64,000 nt of DNA from Eubacteriales bacterium (GCA_045133915.1 JBGUUX010000100.1:69-64068), one strand, 5' to 3'. Positions 18,453 through 27,850 are shown, counted from the stretch's first letter. Made by a program: numbers and translations. Notes: generated by a model not told the origin, from the sequence alone.

Positions 18453-19541
18453 TTAGTTAGCCTCGTCGATTGCGCTGAAGCTGGAACAGCTCATTACACG
18501 CACCACGCGCTCGGGATAAAGGATGGTCGCACCGTTGGTCTCAAACTTGTAACCGATAGTGCTGAACTGGTTAAGAGGACCGCCAGCCTGCTCCTTACCC
18601 TTGATGATCATCTCAAGAGCACCGCCCTCGGGATCGATGATACCAAAGGCATCCTTACCGAAGAAGTATGTAGCGTAGGTAACACCGCCTGCCTTGTTTG
18701 CATACTCGCCGTCAAGGACAGGTGCAAACACGTTCTCGATGAAGCGGCAGCCATGAAGCTCACCGATTTCACCGTTAAAGATCTCGGAGGTAGCGGAATA
18801 CTTATGCGCCTCGATCCACTCCTTGGTCTTTCTCAGCTCATAAGCTACGCTGGGATGGATTACAGCATAATACTTACCGTTGATGGTAGGTACTCTGTTC
18901 TTCTTCATAGTGGTAACTGTCTTTGCTACCATATCAGGAGTAAGCAGAGACATTACAGTAGCGCTTGCCTCCATAAGATTGGGAGCATTAGGAGTAGTAC
19001 CGGAAACAGCACCGGTAGCAAGGGTGATGTTGTCACAGTAAAGAACGGTCTTGTTGACAAGCAGAGCGTCTCTGATGAGAACTTCCTGTGTCTCTGCGGC
19101 AGATGCACCCATTTCCTCGGTAGCGCCGAGAATGGTGTCGTCATATGCACGCATTTCAAGCTTGTCAGTGATAGCGGTATAAGTACCGTACTGCTTGATA
19201 GCACCGTGCTTAGTGCTCATACCGAACTTCTGGCCGGTAGGAATAACACCCTCAACGAGCTCGGTCGCTCTTGCAAAGGTGTTCCACTTACGCCATTCTA
19301 CGCTGACGCCGTGGTTTGCGGGAAGCTTCTGCTTCTTACCGAACTGTGCATAGAAAAGCTCTACGCGGGCATTTTCAAGAAGCTCAGTATCATAGAACTC
19401 CTTGAGCTCACCGGACATGGTGTTTACATCGTCAAACGCTTCAGTTGCGCCTGTATAAGCGTTAACGTAATTGCCGGTAGCATTTACAAGAGTACCGGCG
19501 TCAGCAAAAAGCTGAAGATTGATCTTGTTGATTTCAAACAT
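18453..19541 (-). CDS. Major capsid protein (362 aa) with an N-terminal Prp-type propeptide
   Basis: Located after the scaffold gene, with a suitable size. The N-terminus MFEINKINLQLF/ADAG carries the LQLFA-type motif shared with the scaffold protein and with ribosomal protein L27 of Firmicutes. Confidence 0.8.
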   Translation of the reverse strand: MFEINKINLQLFADAGTLVNATGNYVNAYTGATEAFDDVNTMSGELKEFYDTELLENARVELFYAQFGKKQKLPANHGVSVEWRKWNTFARATELVEGVIPTGQKFGMSTKHGAIKQYGTYTAITDKLEMRAYDDTILGATEEMGASAAETQEVLIRDALLVNKTVLYCDNITLATGAVSGTTPNAPNLMEASATVMSLLTPDMVAKTVTTMKKNRVPTINGKYYAVIHPSVAYELRKTKEWIEAHKYSATSEIFNGEIGELHGCRFIENVFAPVLDGEYANKAGGVTYATYFFGKDAFGIIDPEGGALEMIIKGKEQAGGPLNQFSTIGYKFETNGATILYPERVVRVMSCSSFSAIDEAN

Positions 19542-19595
19542 AGTAATTTTTCCTTCCGTAAATACAAATAACTCAGAGGGAGAAAGGTACGCCTA

Positions 19596-20600
19596 TTAAC
19601 TTCCGGGGTACAGTTTCTCCCCTCGCGCTGCAGCGTCACGGATGCGCTGCTTCAAAGCAGCTCTCTGTTCGGGACTTGCATTGCGATAGTCGAACTTTGA
19701 CACGGAAGCAGCCTGACCGGACGTGCCGTTTTCTACGGGGCGTCGGCTACCTGCCTGAATAGCGTTTGAAAGATTAGCGGCAGTTTTCTGCGCTGTCACC
19801 TGCATCGCAGCCGCCTGTATCTCTTTTCTATGTACGGCATAATATGCGTCCTCAACGCTTACGCCTACATTGGGTGAGGTCATACGTGCAAAAGCGGGAT
19901 TTTTAAGCTCTGTAGCAAGCTTAAAGTTAGGGAAAACTTCCTTCATAGCTTCACCCTGCTGTTCAAGGGACTTAATATGGGAAATAATACGCTGCTGCTC
20001 AACTGTACGCTCTTCTGCGCGCTGCTTTCTTGCGGTGCCTCTTTCATCCTGGTCGATCTTCTTTGCCGTTGCCAGGTCAACACCCATTTCAAGGGCCTTG
20101 TCCTCATAGTAGGCATCGTCGTCATGAACAGCCTTCGAGAGAGCTTTATAGTCCATATTCTCCATATCAAGGTTGTGCTTTCTTGCCAGCACTTCAAGAG
20201 CAGGAGCTAAATCTGACAGAGCTTCTTCTGCCGACTTTTCAGATTTAAGTCGAGCCTTCATAACAGCCTGCATTTCCTTGTTATATTCCGGATCTGCCAT
20301 GATCTCATCCCAGGTCATACGCTTGGTAGTTTCAGACTTAGGTTCTTCCGTTGTCGTTGCAGCGGCGGCCTGCTCTGAACTCTGCTGCTGGCTCTGCGGT
20401 GCATTTGCAACTGCGCCCTTGGGGAGCTGTGCAGGGTTGTTCTTCGCCCGTTTGCGTAATTTCTCTGCAGGAACTCCAAGCTCCAGCAGTCTACTCTGCC
20501 CGGCGTCGACAGTATTTCCGCCCGCTGCTCCGTCTGCACCACCATCTCCGGCACCTTCACCGGCGAAAAGCTGCAGATTAAGCTTTTTAATATTTAACAT
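19596..20600 (-). CDS. Scaffolding protein (334 aa from the preferred start)
   Basis: The preferred start is ATG at 20600 (GGAGG, 8 nt, ATG), giving MLNIKKLNLQLF/AGEGAG. The protein is Ala/Glu/Lys/Gln-rich and predicted helical. It lies between the portal/Prp genes and the capsid gene. Confidence 0.75.
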   Translation of the reverse strand: MLNIKKLNLQLFAGEGAGDGGADGAAGGNTVDAGQSRLLELGVPAEKLRKRAKNNPAQLPKGAVANAPQSQQQSSEQAAAATTTEEPKSETTKRMTWDEIMADPEYNKEMQAVMKARLKSEKSAEEALSDLAPALEVLARKHNLDMENMDYKALSKAVHDDDAYYEDKALEMGVDLATAKKIDQDERGTARKQRAEERTVEQQRIISHIKSLEQQGEAMKEVFPNFKLATELKNPAFARMTSPNVGVSVEDAYYAVHRKEIQAAAMQVTAQKTAANLSNAIQAGSRRPVENGTSGQAASVSKFDYRNASPEQRAALKQRIRDAAARGEKLYPGS

Positions 20601-20776
20601 GAGTAAATCCTCCGATATCATCTGCCGCTATATGGGCGGCGAGTCCCTATATAATACCCATTAAGGGTTATATATCAAAATGGTGCCCGGTATTAAATCC
20701 CGCCCCGGGCAACGGCGAGTAATATAAAGAAGACACAACGACAAAATCAAGAGAAATTGTCTGACTATAATATACT

Positions 20777-21130
20777 CTAATCGAGCTTTTCTTTTCTATC
20801 CCTCGTATAGTTTATAATTTCATATTTCACATACTCGGGATAATCCTGCGCCAGTATGTCAAAACCGGCACATATACTGTCAAATACAAGGGCAACAGTA
20901 CAGTCAAAAGTGGGAGCTACCTTGCAACACAACTCTGTGTTACCTTCCTCAATCTGTACTATAGTTTCTGCTGCTATTCCAGAGACTTTCAGGTTTTTTA
21001 TAAAGGCAGCAAGGGTATATACCAGTATAGACGCAGAAGCGCATACAAGGTCCTTGCCCTTTTCCGCACTTAAAGAATGGCCCTCAACAGTAAGGCTGTG
21101 CTCTTTTCTGCAATATGTAACTCTTATCAT
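20777..21130 (-). CDS. prp: Prp-like cysteine protease (ribosomal-processing protease family, DUF464)
   Basis: 117 aa. VEGHSLSAEKGKDLVCASASILVYTL matches the GH...G.D.VCA.vS catalytic His/Cys signature of Prp. A TAATG overlap couples it to the portal gene. Confidence 0.8.
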   Translation of the reverse strand: MIRVTYCRKEHSLTVEGHSLSAEKGKDLVCASASILVYTLAAFIKNLKVSGIAAETIVQIEEGNTELCCKVAPTFDCTVALVFDSICAGFDILAQDYPEYVKYEIINYTRDRKEKLD

Positions 21131-23058
21131 TACTTATTCTCCTTTACTACACTTCCCGCATTAGGCTGTGAAGCTTGCGAGGAACGTTCTCGGACATTCT
21201 TTCCCCTTGTACCTTCATTGTTACCAATTCCTGCAATATGGTCGCTCTGCATCATAGAAGCATTGCCACCGCCACCCATAGCAGTCATACCGCCCATGGT
21301 CTGCATTATATCCTGGCTGATGCCCTGTACCATATCAGGGCGAACAACCTGAGCAAACATAAGGGCCATCTGCATATACTGTACAAGCTTTTGGAACATA
21401 GTACCGTTGCGGGCTATCTTCTGCATTATGATGTCCTTACCGTCAAAATCCATCATTTCAAGACAAGTGATTGCCTGATCTACCATCTGAGGGTTAAAGA
21501 AACCCTTATCAAAGAACTGCAGTGCCAGCTCATTCTGTGTTACCTTGGTGTATACGTTCTTCTTCTGTGCTGATATCTTGATATCAAATACAGGAAGGCG
21601 GAAGCCCTGGTCCTGGCCGAAAGCATATCCCTGGTGAACAGGCTGCAGTTTGCTGTTATCGTAGCTGGTAAACTGCTCTACACCGTACTGACCGAGTATA
21701 CGGAACTGACGGGGCATATCATAGAACTGTCTTATAAGCTCTATGCACATTTCCACAATCAAACCAAATGATCTGTAGGCCGCCTCAGTGCTGTCCCTTG
21801 AGCCCTTACCGCTGGCCTCCTGGAGTGCAGCAATAGCAGAATACGCGGTCACACCCGAGCCTACATTACCTGTGCTTGTCTCGGTATTACCGCTTGTCTC
21901 TCTCAATTCCTGTATGGTACGGTCCAGTACCGCTACATAATTACCGTCAAGGGGGTTGTGTTCGATAGGTCTCAGATAATCGTCATTCACATTGCCTGTT
22001 GTGTGAACAATAGGATTAGAAAGGTCAAGGAACTCACCCTCATTAACAGAGCCCTCCTGCCTTGCAAAGTATCGGGGAGTAGCACCCGCCATAGCATTTT
22101 TAACAAAGCTTGTCTTTAGGAGGTCAATCTCTGTCTGTGGATTGCGGCACAGATCCACATAGCCATAACCGCAGGGAGAGCCCTCTATAGGGAACAGAGC
22201 ATCAAACACATAGGGGTATTTACCGTGGTCATAGAAGCCGCGTGTAGCCATTTCAGGTATGTTCTCGCTGGAATAAAGAACAATATCATTGACATACTTG
22301 CAGTATTGCAGAGTCTTTTTACCATCTATAATCTTGTGATAGTACACGTCAATAACGGTTATTTTGTTCTCGGTATCCACATGATCGTCATACAGGAACT
22401 TTGTGCTAACAAAGGTTTCTCCTTTGAGCTTAGATTCCAGCTCCGGATATCTCTGCTCCAAAAGGTCCTTGTCGCATAACTCTGTATGGAAGAAATAACG
22501 GCTGTTCTGTATATCAGTAATACCTGGCTCCCAATAGAGATTAAGCAGATTAACCTTTTCTATACCTATATCACCAAGGCCATGAAGCTTTGCAGCATTC
22601 CATACTACCTTGTAGGCACCTGTACCAGTCTTAAGCTTCTGCCACATAACATCTGAATAAGTTTTCTCAAACTGATTCTGCTCTAAGATACAGGGGATAA
22701 TAGCAGAAAGCTTCTGCGCCTCCTCCCTGTCATCTGACTCTCTCGGCAGTATATTAGGCTCAGGATATGCCTCAATAGCATCAGCATGCTTGCTGACAAT
22801 AACGTTATGCAGCCAGCCTGATACGCTCGTGAAGCCTTTATCCTTTCCTATGTTGGTCTCTTTCTGTTCTTCTGTAGTATTGCGCAGCTTCCACCAGTTT
22901 TCAGAAGCAACTATGCGCTGCTCTGTTCTGCTCTTGCCTGCTTTGTATTTTTCAAGGACCTGGGTAAACTTCTTTACCTGCTCAGGGCCTATAGGCTGCA
23001 CCATAGCTGACATGGCCTCGGGAGCCTTAACCTCATTGGGTGTAGGGTTTCTATCCAT
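21130..23058 (-). CDS. Portal protein (642 aa)
   Basis: Located immediately after terL. The size fits, and the start context is AAGGAGGAAATATG. The acidic/Gly-Met-rich C-terminal tail is typical of portals. Confidence 0.75.
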   Translation of the reverse strand: MDRNPTPNEVKAPEAMSAMVQPIGPEQVKKFTQVLEKYKAGKSRTEQRIVASENWWKLRNTTEEQKETNIGKDKGFTSVSGWLHNVIVSKHADAIEAYPEPNILPRESDDREEAQKLSAIIPCILEQNQFEKTYSDVMWQKLKTGTGAYKVVWNAAKLHGLGDIGIEKVNLLNLYWEPGITDIQNSRYFFHTELCDKDLLEQRYPELESKLKGETFVSTKFLYDDHVDTENKITVIDVYYHKIIDGKKTLQYCKYVNDIVLYSSENIPEMATRGFYDHGKYPYVFDALFPIEGSPCGYGYVDLCRNPQTEIDLLKTSFVKNAMAGATPRYFARQEGSVNEGEFLDLSNPIVHTTGNVNDDYLRPIEHNPLDGNYVAVLDRTIQELRETSGNTETSTGNVGSGVTAYSAIAALQEASGKGSRDSTEAAYRSFGLIVEMCIELIRQFYDMPRQFRILGQYGVEQFTSYDNSKLQPVHQGYAFGQDQGFRLPVFDIKISAQKKNVYTKVTQNELALQFFDKGFFNPQMVDQAITCLEMMDFDGKDIIMQKIARNGTMFQKLVQYMQMALMFAQVVRPDMVQGISQDIMQTMGGMTAMGGGGNASMMQSDHIAGIGNNEGTRGKNVRERSSQASQPNAGSVVKENK

Positions 23059-23067
23059 ATTTCCTCC

Positions 23068-24531
23068 TTATCTAAAACCTTGACGGTATTGTTTCTCGCT
23101 GAACTGATTAAGCGGGTCTGATACAATAGGCTTGGGATTAACGTGCATAATGGGTGATACAGGCTGTGACATGCACATATACCTGACCTCATCTGGGCAG
23201 TGATCCTCTAACTTTGTATCAAGGTCCTCGGGATGTGTCTCCGAGAACATCATTAGCGGCATTGTACGTATAAATGCCTTGCAGTTATTGAATACATACA
23301 TTCTTGCATAACCGTTTTGGTCGAACTGTAACCTATAGTGCACCTGCATCCAACCGGGAATACGCTGATTATCTCCAGGAGTGAAGTATATGCCGTACTT
23401 TGCTGCAGTATCAGCTATACTCTCTCCGCGGCTGCTGTCCCATATAGCAGGATCGGCAACGCTATCAACTATCTTTCTACCCTTTAGCCACGGGTGTTCC
23501 CTCTCAAACTCACTGATACGGCGGAACTGTTCATCCGGGGACCACTTTACACCCTCATCCGGTGTCTGTGTGCAACCATACATCTCCATAATGCGGTACA
23601 ATACCCCGTCATAATCGATAGCCCAATACCCAAGGGAAAAGGGCTTGTTATATCCAAAGTCGTATGATCGCATTATATTCCAGCCCCTGCAGTCGCCTTT
23701 ATTAAGGTCAAAGGGCTCTATAACATGTGTCCACCTGTGCTGTTCTAAAGCTTGTTCCTGTGTGATACCGGCCTCTATGCACTTCTGAGCATCCGGTTTG
23801 AAACGCAGCTCTTCAAAGAACTGTCCCTCAAATATATCCCAGGCACCATCTAACCATGCTGCCCTAAGCTTTGGAGGCAGGTTTTTCAGGAATGATATGT
23901 ACTCCGGCTGGCTTTCCATCAGATACGTATTATCTGTAACAAGCGCCTGGATAAACACATAATCATCCGGGTTTTCGTCATTCTGAAAATTCCTATCTAT
24001 AAACAGCCTCTTAAAATAACCATGGCTCGGACCACCGGGGTTGAATGTATAGTAAATGCGCTTAGGAAAGTTATTAACACCACGGCAGCACACTATGATC
24101 TTTTCAATCCATTCCTGCAGCAGGTTTGTTGCTTCATCGATAAAGATAACGTCATACTGTGTTCCCTGATAGTGCATCAGATCATTGTCATTATCGCAGT
24201 AGTCAAACTTAATAGTAGAGCCGTTATTCCAAAAGAAAGTACGCTCCTGCTGATTATACCGGGCAATACTGGTAGGAATTTCGGTTTTCAGTATATTAAT
24301 GTGGTTAGCCCTCAGCTCAGGCATGGTACGGCGGACGATAAGTACGTTGATACCGGCATAATTCACGCACAATCGCTTAGCTTTATCTCTTACAATATGG
24401 CTCTTACCACCACCTCTGGCGCCGCCATATCCTACGTGCTTCACTTTTGCCGCCAAGAACATGGCCTGCTTCTCTGTAGGATGAGTCAGCTCCAGTCGCC
24501 TTACAGCTCTGTTTCTCTCGCCCTTACTCAT
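23068..24531 (-). CDS. terL: Terminase large subunit
   Basis: Walker A is YGGARGGGKSH and Walker B is YDVIFIDEAT. The preferred start is ATG at 24531 (GGAGG, 6 nt), overlapping the terS stop. Confidence 0.9.
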   Translation of the reverse strand: MSKGERNRAVRRLELTHPTEKQAMFLAAKVKHVGYGGARGGGKSHIVRDKAKRLCVNYAGINVLIVRRTMPELRANHINILKTEIPTSIARYNQQERTFFWNNGSTIKFDYCDNDNDLMHYQGTQYDVIFIDEATNLLQEWIEKIIVCCRGVNNFPKRIYYTFNPGGPSHGYFKRLFIDRNFQNDENPDDYVFIQALVTDNTYLMESQPEYISFLKNLPPKLRAAWLDGAWDIFEGQFFEELRFKPDAQKCIEAGITQEQALEQHRWTHVIEPFDLNKGDCRGWNIMRSYDFGYNKPFSLGYWAIDYDGVLYRIMEMYGCTQTPDEGVKWSPDEQFRRISEFEREHPWLKGRKIVDSVADPAIWDSSRGESIADTAAKYGIYFTPGDNQRIPGWMQVHYRLQFDQNGYARMYVFNNCKAFIRTMPLMMFSETHPEDLDTKLEDHCPDEVRYMCMSQPVSPIMHVNPKPIVSDPLNQFSEKQYRQGFR

Positions 24532-24988
24532 TCCATTCCTCCGGTCCTGCAGCAAACACAACCTCAATTACATTGGCAGTATCATCGTCCTTGTTAGCCG
24601 ACTTGCGCAGATTAGCAATACGCGCCTCCTGTTCCCGTGTATCAAGGTCAGACTTAACGCCCTGGATCTCCTTAAGGTCCTTCATAGCAGCAGTCAGAGC
24701 ACGAAGATCCTTTGCGGTCTTGATATCGTCTGCCATAACTTCTATCTTTGTAAGCAGCTTGTCCGCCACACTCTGTAACCTGGTGGCGCGGGCAACCTGT
24801 TGATTGCTTATTTCATCAAGTGTTTTTGATACGGTATTGTTCGTGTGCTGTTCACGCAGGCCGATCCAGCCTTCTTCCTTAGAACGGTGGCAGATCGCCT
24901 GATAACTAACACCATGTTTCTGAGCCAACTTACGGTAGCTGGTGTCGGTGGTTATGTATTCTGTTTTAATAGCCTGCCAGTCTGCCAT
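24524..24988 (-). CDS. terS: Terminase small subunit (HTH-containing)
   Basis: MADWQAIKTEYITTDTSYRKLAQKHGVSYQAICHRSKEEGW has an N-terminal HTH followed by a coiled-coil region. It lies directly upstream of, and overlaps, terL. Start is ATG at 24988 after AGGAGGGAGG. Confidence 0.75.
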   Translation of the reverse strand: MADWQAIKTEYITTDTSYRKLAQKHGVSYQAICHRSKEEGWIGLREQHTNNTVSKTLDEISNQQVARATRLQSVADKLLTKIEVMADDIKTAKDLRALTAAMKDLKEIQGVKSDLDTREQEARIANLRKSANKDDDTANVIEVVFAAGPEEWNE

Positions 24989-25059
24989 AAGCCTCCCTCC
25001 TTTTTTCATCATAGATATTTTAACGGATTGCCCCCGCGATTTTCTATCCTTGCGAGCAG

Positions 25060-25090
25060 CGCAAAAAGGAGCAAGGTTATCCCCTGCTCC
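25060..25090 (-). terminator. Intrinsic terminator between the early region and terS
   Basis: On the minus strand GGAGCAGGG, loop, CCUUGCUCC (25090-25068) is followed by UUUUUGCG. Confidence 0.5.
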
Positions 25091-25094
25091 ATTT

Positions 25095-25127
25095 AACTTA
25101 CCGGTAACTTGCCGGTAACTTGCTGGT
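25095..25127. repeat. Three tandem 11-bp repeats (AACTTRCYGGT)
   Basis: aacttaccggt / aacttgccggt / aacttgctggt at 25095-25105, 25106-25116 and 25117-25127. They are helically phased and lie just upstream of the terS leader. Confidence 0.8.
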
Positions 25128-25468
25128 TATTTGCCAAAAGACGGTATTCCGAGCTTTATCATACGGCTTAACATAAGCTCATTTAGATGTATAAACAATA
25201 GGTCGCATGGATCTTCTGTCCTTACCGGCTCCCCATTGACAGTAAGCGTCGCTGTAATGCTGTGACATAATCCATGGTCCTTTGGCTCTATGGTGATACC
25301 AATATCCCCGTGATAGAACATCGAGAACTCTTTAAGAATCTGTTCAGCTTCCCTTTTAGCCTTTTCAACTAAAGCAGGAAGGTTACGTTTTCCACAGGCA
25401 AAATAGTCCGGATGTTCTTCACAGTATTTTTTATGGATCTTTTGGCTATAGGTTAACTTGCCGTCCAT
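25127..25468 (-). CDS. Hypothetical protein (113 aa)
   Basis: ORF 25127-25489. The preferred start is ATG at 25468 (AAGGAG, 7 nt). Confidence 0.6.
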   Translation of the reverse strand: MDGKLTYSQKIHKKYCEEHPDYFACGKRNLPALVEKAKREAEQILKEFSMFYHGDIGITIEPKDHGLCHSITATLTVNGEPVRTEDPCDLLFIHLNELMLSRMIKLGIPSFGK

Positions 25469-25472
25469 ACTC

Positions 25473-26342
25473 TCACTCCTTGTAATCAAATAATGTTGGT
25501 ATAGAAAAATTCAACCATAACACTTCTGTACGCCTATCGGAGTTTTGATTATATGATTTTCTTTCTATCCGGTGCCACTCTTTGAGCTCATAGTCATACA
25601 TGTCCGACGGATAACCGCTAAGGATAACGTACCCCTTGTGGTTCTTTAATGCGTCCAGCAGGTTAACGTGATCCTGCTCGTTCATCTCGTACCGATACTG
25701 CTTTCCGCCTCTTGTATTCAACAGATACGGAGGATCTGCATATATAAGCACGTTGTCGTGATTAAACTTATTAATGAGATCCAGCGCGGGTCTGTTCTCT
25801 ATTTGAACACCTTTAAGACGGACGGCTGCGGCCAGAATCTTTTCGGGCATCTGATTCCATGAGTTTACACAATAGCTGCGTTCTCTTGCATAAACATCAA
25901 TTTTGAAGCCTGTTTTCTGATAAGTCTTAAAACCGTGTCCCATTTTAGAACGTATTGCAAAGCGGTATGCTCTGTCAAAGTCGTCTGTACCACGGTTTTC
26001 GTGTGCGTCGTTGAATACCTCCCGGGAATACGGTGTAAAACTGATTGCTTCTGCAAGATCGTCCGGCTTTTCTCTAAGTACCTTAAAGAAGTTAGTAATA
26101 TCGCCGTCAATATCATTAACAGTCTCTATTGCCGATGGAGGTTTATTAAACAGTACGGCACCCGAGCCAAAGAAAGGTTCTAAGTATGATCTATGTTCCG
26201 GCATAAGAGCAACAATTTGCTTTGCCATGCTCCATTTTGCACCGGGGTAATTAAGTATAGCGTTTATTTCAATCACCTCACATCCTATCATTAAGGTTTG
26301 CAAGCATACCCACCTCAGTATCATCCGTGAGAATATCTCCAT
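25473..26342 (-). CDS. dam: Dam-family (D12 class) N6-adenine DNA methyltransferase
   Basis: Motifs NYPGAKW, LEPFFGSGAV and the catalytic LIYADPPY. The start is uncertain: the ORF opens at 26342, and an internal ATG at 26291 is more likely. Confidence 0.85.
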   Translation of the reverse strand: MEIFSRMILRWVCLQTLMIGCEVIEINAILNYPGAKWSMAKQIVALMPEHRSYLEPFFGSGAVLFNKPPSAIETVNDIDGDITNFFKVLREKPDDLAEAISFTPYSREVFNDAHENRGTDDFDRAYRFAIRSKMGHGFKTYQKTGFKIDVYARERSYCVNSWNQMPEKILAAAVRLKGVQIENRPALDLINKFNHDNVLIYADPPYLLNTRGGKQYRYEMNEQDHVNLLDALKNHKGYVILSGYPSDMYDYELKEWHRIERKSYNQNSDRRTEVLWLNFSIPTLFDYKE

Positions 26343-26679
26343 CCTTCGGCCACTGTAATAATTGTCCGCAGCACCGGCAGTAAGCCTTGTCCTGTACGAA
26401 CACCATCACACCGCATACGGGACAGCGCTCGTTCTCTACCGCCACAGGCTCCTGCTTCTTCCAGAGCACTACGTTTTCTTTTCTTAAGCGGTTATTCTCT
26501 TCGTTCAGATCGTTAATAATAACGTCCTTTGCGGCTAAGATACTTCCACAGCTCTTACGGGCCTCATCAACAAATCCTAAACCGCTGCCTATAAGATAAT
26601 CGGCTACGGCTTTACAGCATTTTTTCGACCACATGAATTCTGCGTCCAATATCTCTATCAGTCTTTCCCTATCGTTCAT
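26278..26679 (-). CDS. Hypothetical protein with coiled coil and a C-terminal Zn-ribbon (CPVCG...CRCCG)
   Basis: 133-aa ORF, tightly packed with its neighbours. Confidence 0.6.
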   Translation of the reverse strand: MNDRERLIEILDAEFMWSKKCCKAVADYLIGSGLGFVDEARKSCGSILAAKDVIINDLNEENNRLRKENVVLWKKQEPVAVENERCPVCGVMVFVQDKAYCRCCGQLLQWPKDGDILTDDTEVGMLANLNDRM

Positions 26680-27068
26680 TCAACCACCTCTTCCGGTAAC
26701 TTTACGAAGTCTCCAAAAGTCTTTTCATGTTCGAGCACATCGGGCATCACATCGCCTATATGAACAAACGTACTTCTGATTCCATACGCTGATGCCACGG
26801 ATCTTTCAATACCACACCCCTTGAAAAGATCGCTCCAATCGATACCGATAAAGAAATCGGCTTCCGCTAACAACTGGATCGCCTTACCAAGATACCAAAC
26901 AGCCTGATTATTGTTTTCGGGAGGAGTATCTTCAATATATGAAGGAATGACTTCCAACTCCTGTTCAAAAACGATTTCAGCGATTTTGTGCATCTTCTCC
27001 ATGCTCTTTTTGATATTTTCTTCTGTTCTGCCCTTCATCGGACAGCTAATAAATAATTTTTTCATCAT
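26676..27068 (-). CDS. DUF4406 / nucleoside 2-deoxyribosyltransferase-like protein
   Basis: LFISCPMKGRTEENIKKS...AVWYLGKAIQLLAEADFFIGIDWSDLFKGCGIERSVASAYGI fits the pattern of this family as I remember it. Confidence 0.45.
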   Translation of the reverse strand: MMKKLFISCPMKGRTEENIKKSMEKMHKIAEIVFEQELEVIPSYIEDTPPENNNQAVWYLGKAIQLLAEADFFIGIDWSDLFKGCGIERSVASAYGIRSTFVHIGDVMPDVLEHEKTFGDFVKLPEEVVE

Positions 27069-27253
27069 TATTTTCCTTTCTTGGGCGGCTCTGCATTAAG
27101 AACATTCGCCATACACTCCAAACATTCGTCTCGGATTTCGTCCGTTTTGTCCTCATACAAGCCGAAGCAAAACACCCTATTGTCATTTTTGCCGAATTCA
27201 TTTGTTGTTGTATTTGCTTTATAACAATCACCGTTCAACGGTTTCCCTCTCAA
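27068..27253 (-). CDS. Small hypothetical protein (61 aa)
   Basis: Fills the gap between its neighbours exactly. Its end overlaps the next start at 27068. Confidence 0.5.
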   Translation of the reverse strand: MRGKPLNGDCYKANTTTNEFGKNDNRVFCFGLYEDKTDEIRDECLECMANVLNAEPPKKGK

Positions 27254-27254
27254 T

Positions 27255-27662
27255 TCAGCTCTCGTTGTCTTTTTTATTTGCCCCGTCCTTTCCGTCCATC
27301 ATTTCAAGCTCAACCTTTACGGCTATGACAACAGGATCATTTGATACTCTGCCATCACATAACCTCTCCGCAAACTCTTTTCGGGCTTCGGATTTGATTT
27401 CAGCATAAACCTCGTTTTTGAATAGTTCCCTGTTTTCGTTCAAACCTTCTTGAAATGCGTTATCTGCATTTGTTGATAATATTGCGTTTTCTTTTTTCAA
27501 CCTCTCATTCTCTACCTGCAGGCGTTTGATGAGGTCGAGGGCATTTTTGTCCATTTCTACACCGCAACTCGGTGCATCAAGATGTTTAAAACAACAATCT
27601 TCGCAATCAGCACTGTGGTAAGCACAACACTCCAACGCCTTAATTACATCGTTATCGTTCAT
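27255..27662 (-). CDS. Hypothetical Cys-cluster / coiled-coil protein
   Basis: MNDNDVIKALECCAYHSADCEDCCFKHLD... followed by LKRLQVENERLKKEN. The preferred start is ATG at 27662. Confidence 0.55.
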   Translation of the reverse strand: MNDNDVIKALECCAYHSADCEDCCFKHLDAPSCGVEMDKNALDLIKRLQVENERLKKENAILSTNADNAFQEGLNENRELFKNEVYAEIKSEARKEFAERLCDGRVSNDPVVIAVKVELEMMDGKDGANKKDNES

Positions 27663-27673
27663 TCCGCACCGCC

Positions 27674-27850
27674 TTATAAATGTCCCATTGTTCGCATTCT
27701 GGAACAACGTTCTTTGTTTACAGCCTTGTCTTTTTTATCCATCGCCTGCTGACAAGCCTTTTCAACCATCTTGTAGTATTCATAGTTATCTGTTTCAAAC
27801 TGAATACGATAATCACCTTTTGTAATCTGTGCTTTCCATGATGTACTCAT
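27674..27850 (-). CDS. Small hypothetical protein (58 aa)
   Basis: The preferred start MSTSWKAQ at 27850 overlaps the upstream stop (TAATGA). Confidence 0.5.
   Translation of the reverse strand: MSTSWKAQITKGDYRIQFETDNYEYYKMVEKACQQAMDKKDKAVNKERCSRMRTMGHL

Noticed and set aside
19870-20664. Cluster of overlapping ORFs in several frames and on both strands within the scaffold gene (for example 20173-20664, 20315-20560)
   Set aside because: The Ala/Glu/Gln-rich, GC-skewed scaffold coding sequence keeps alternative frames open by composition. None has start signals, and the scaffold frame is supported by its leader motif and position.
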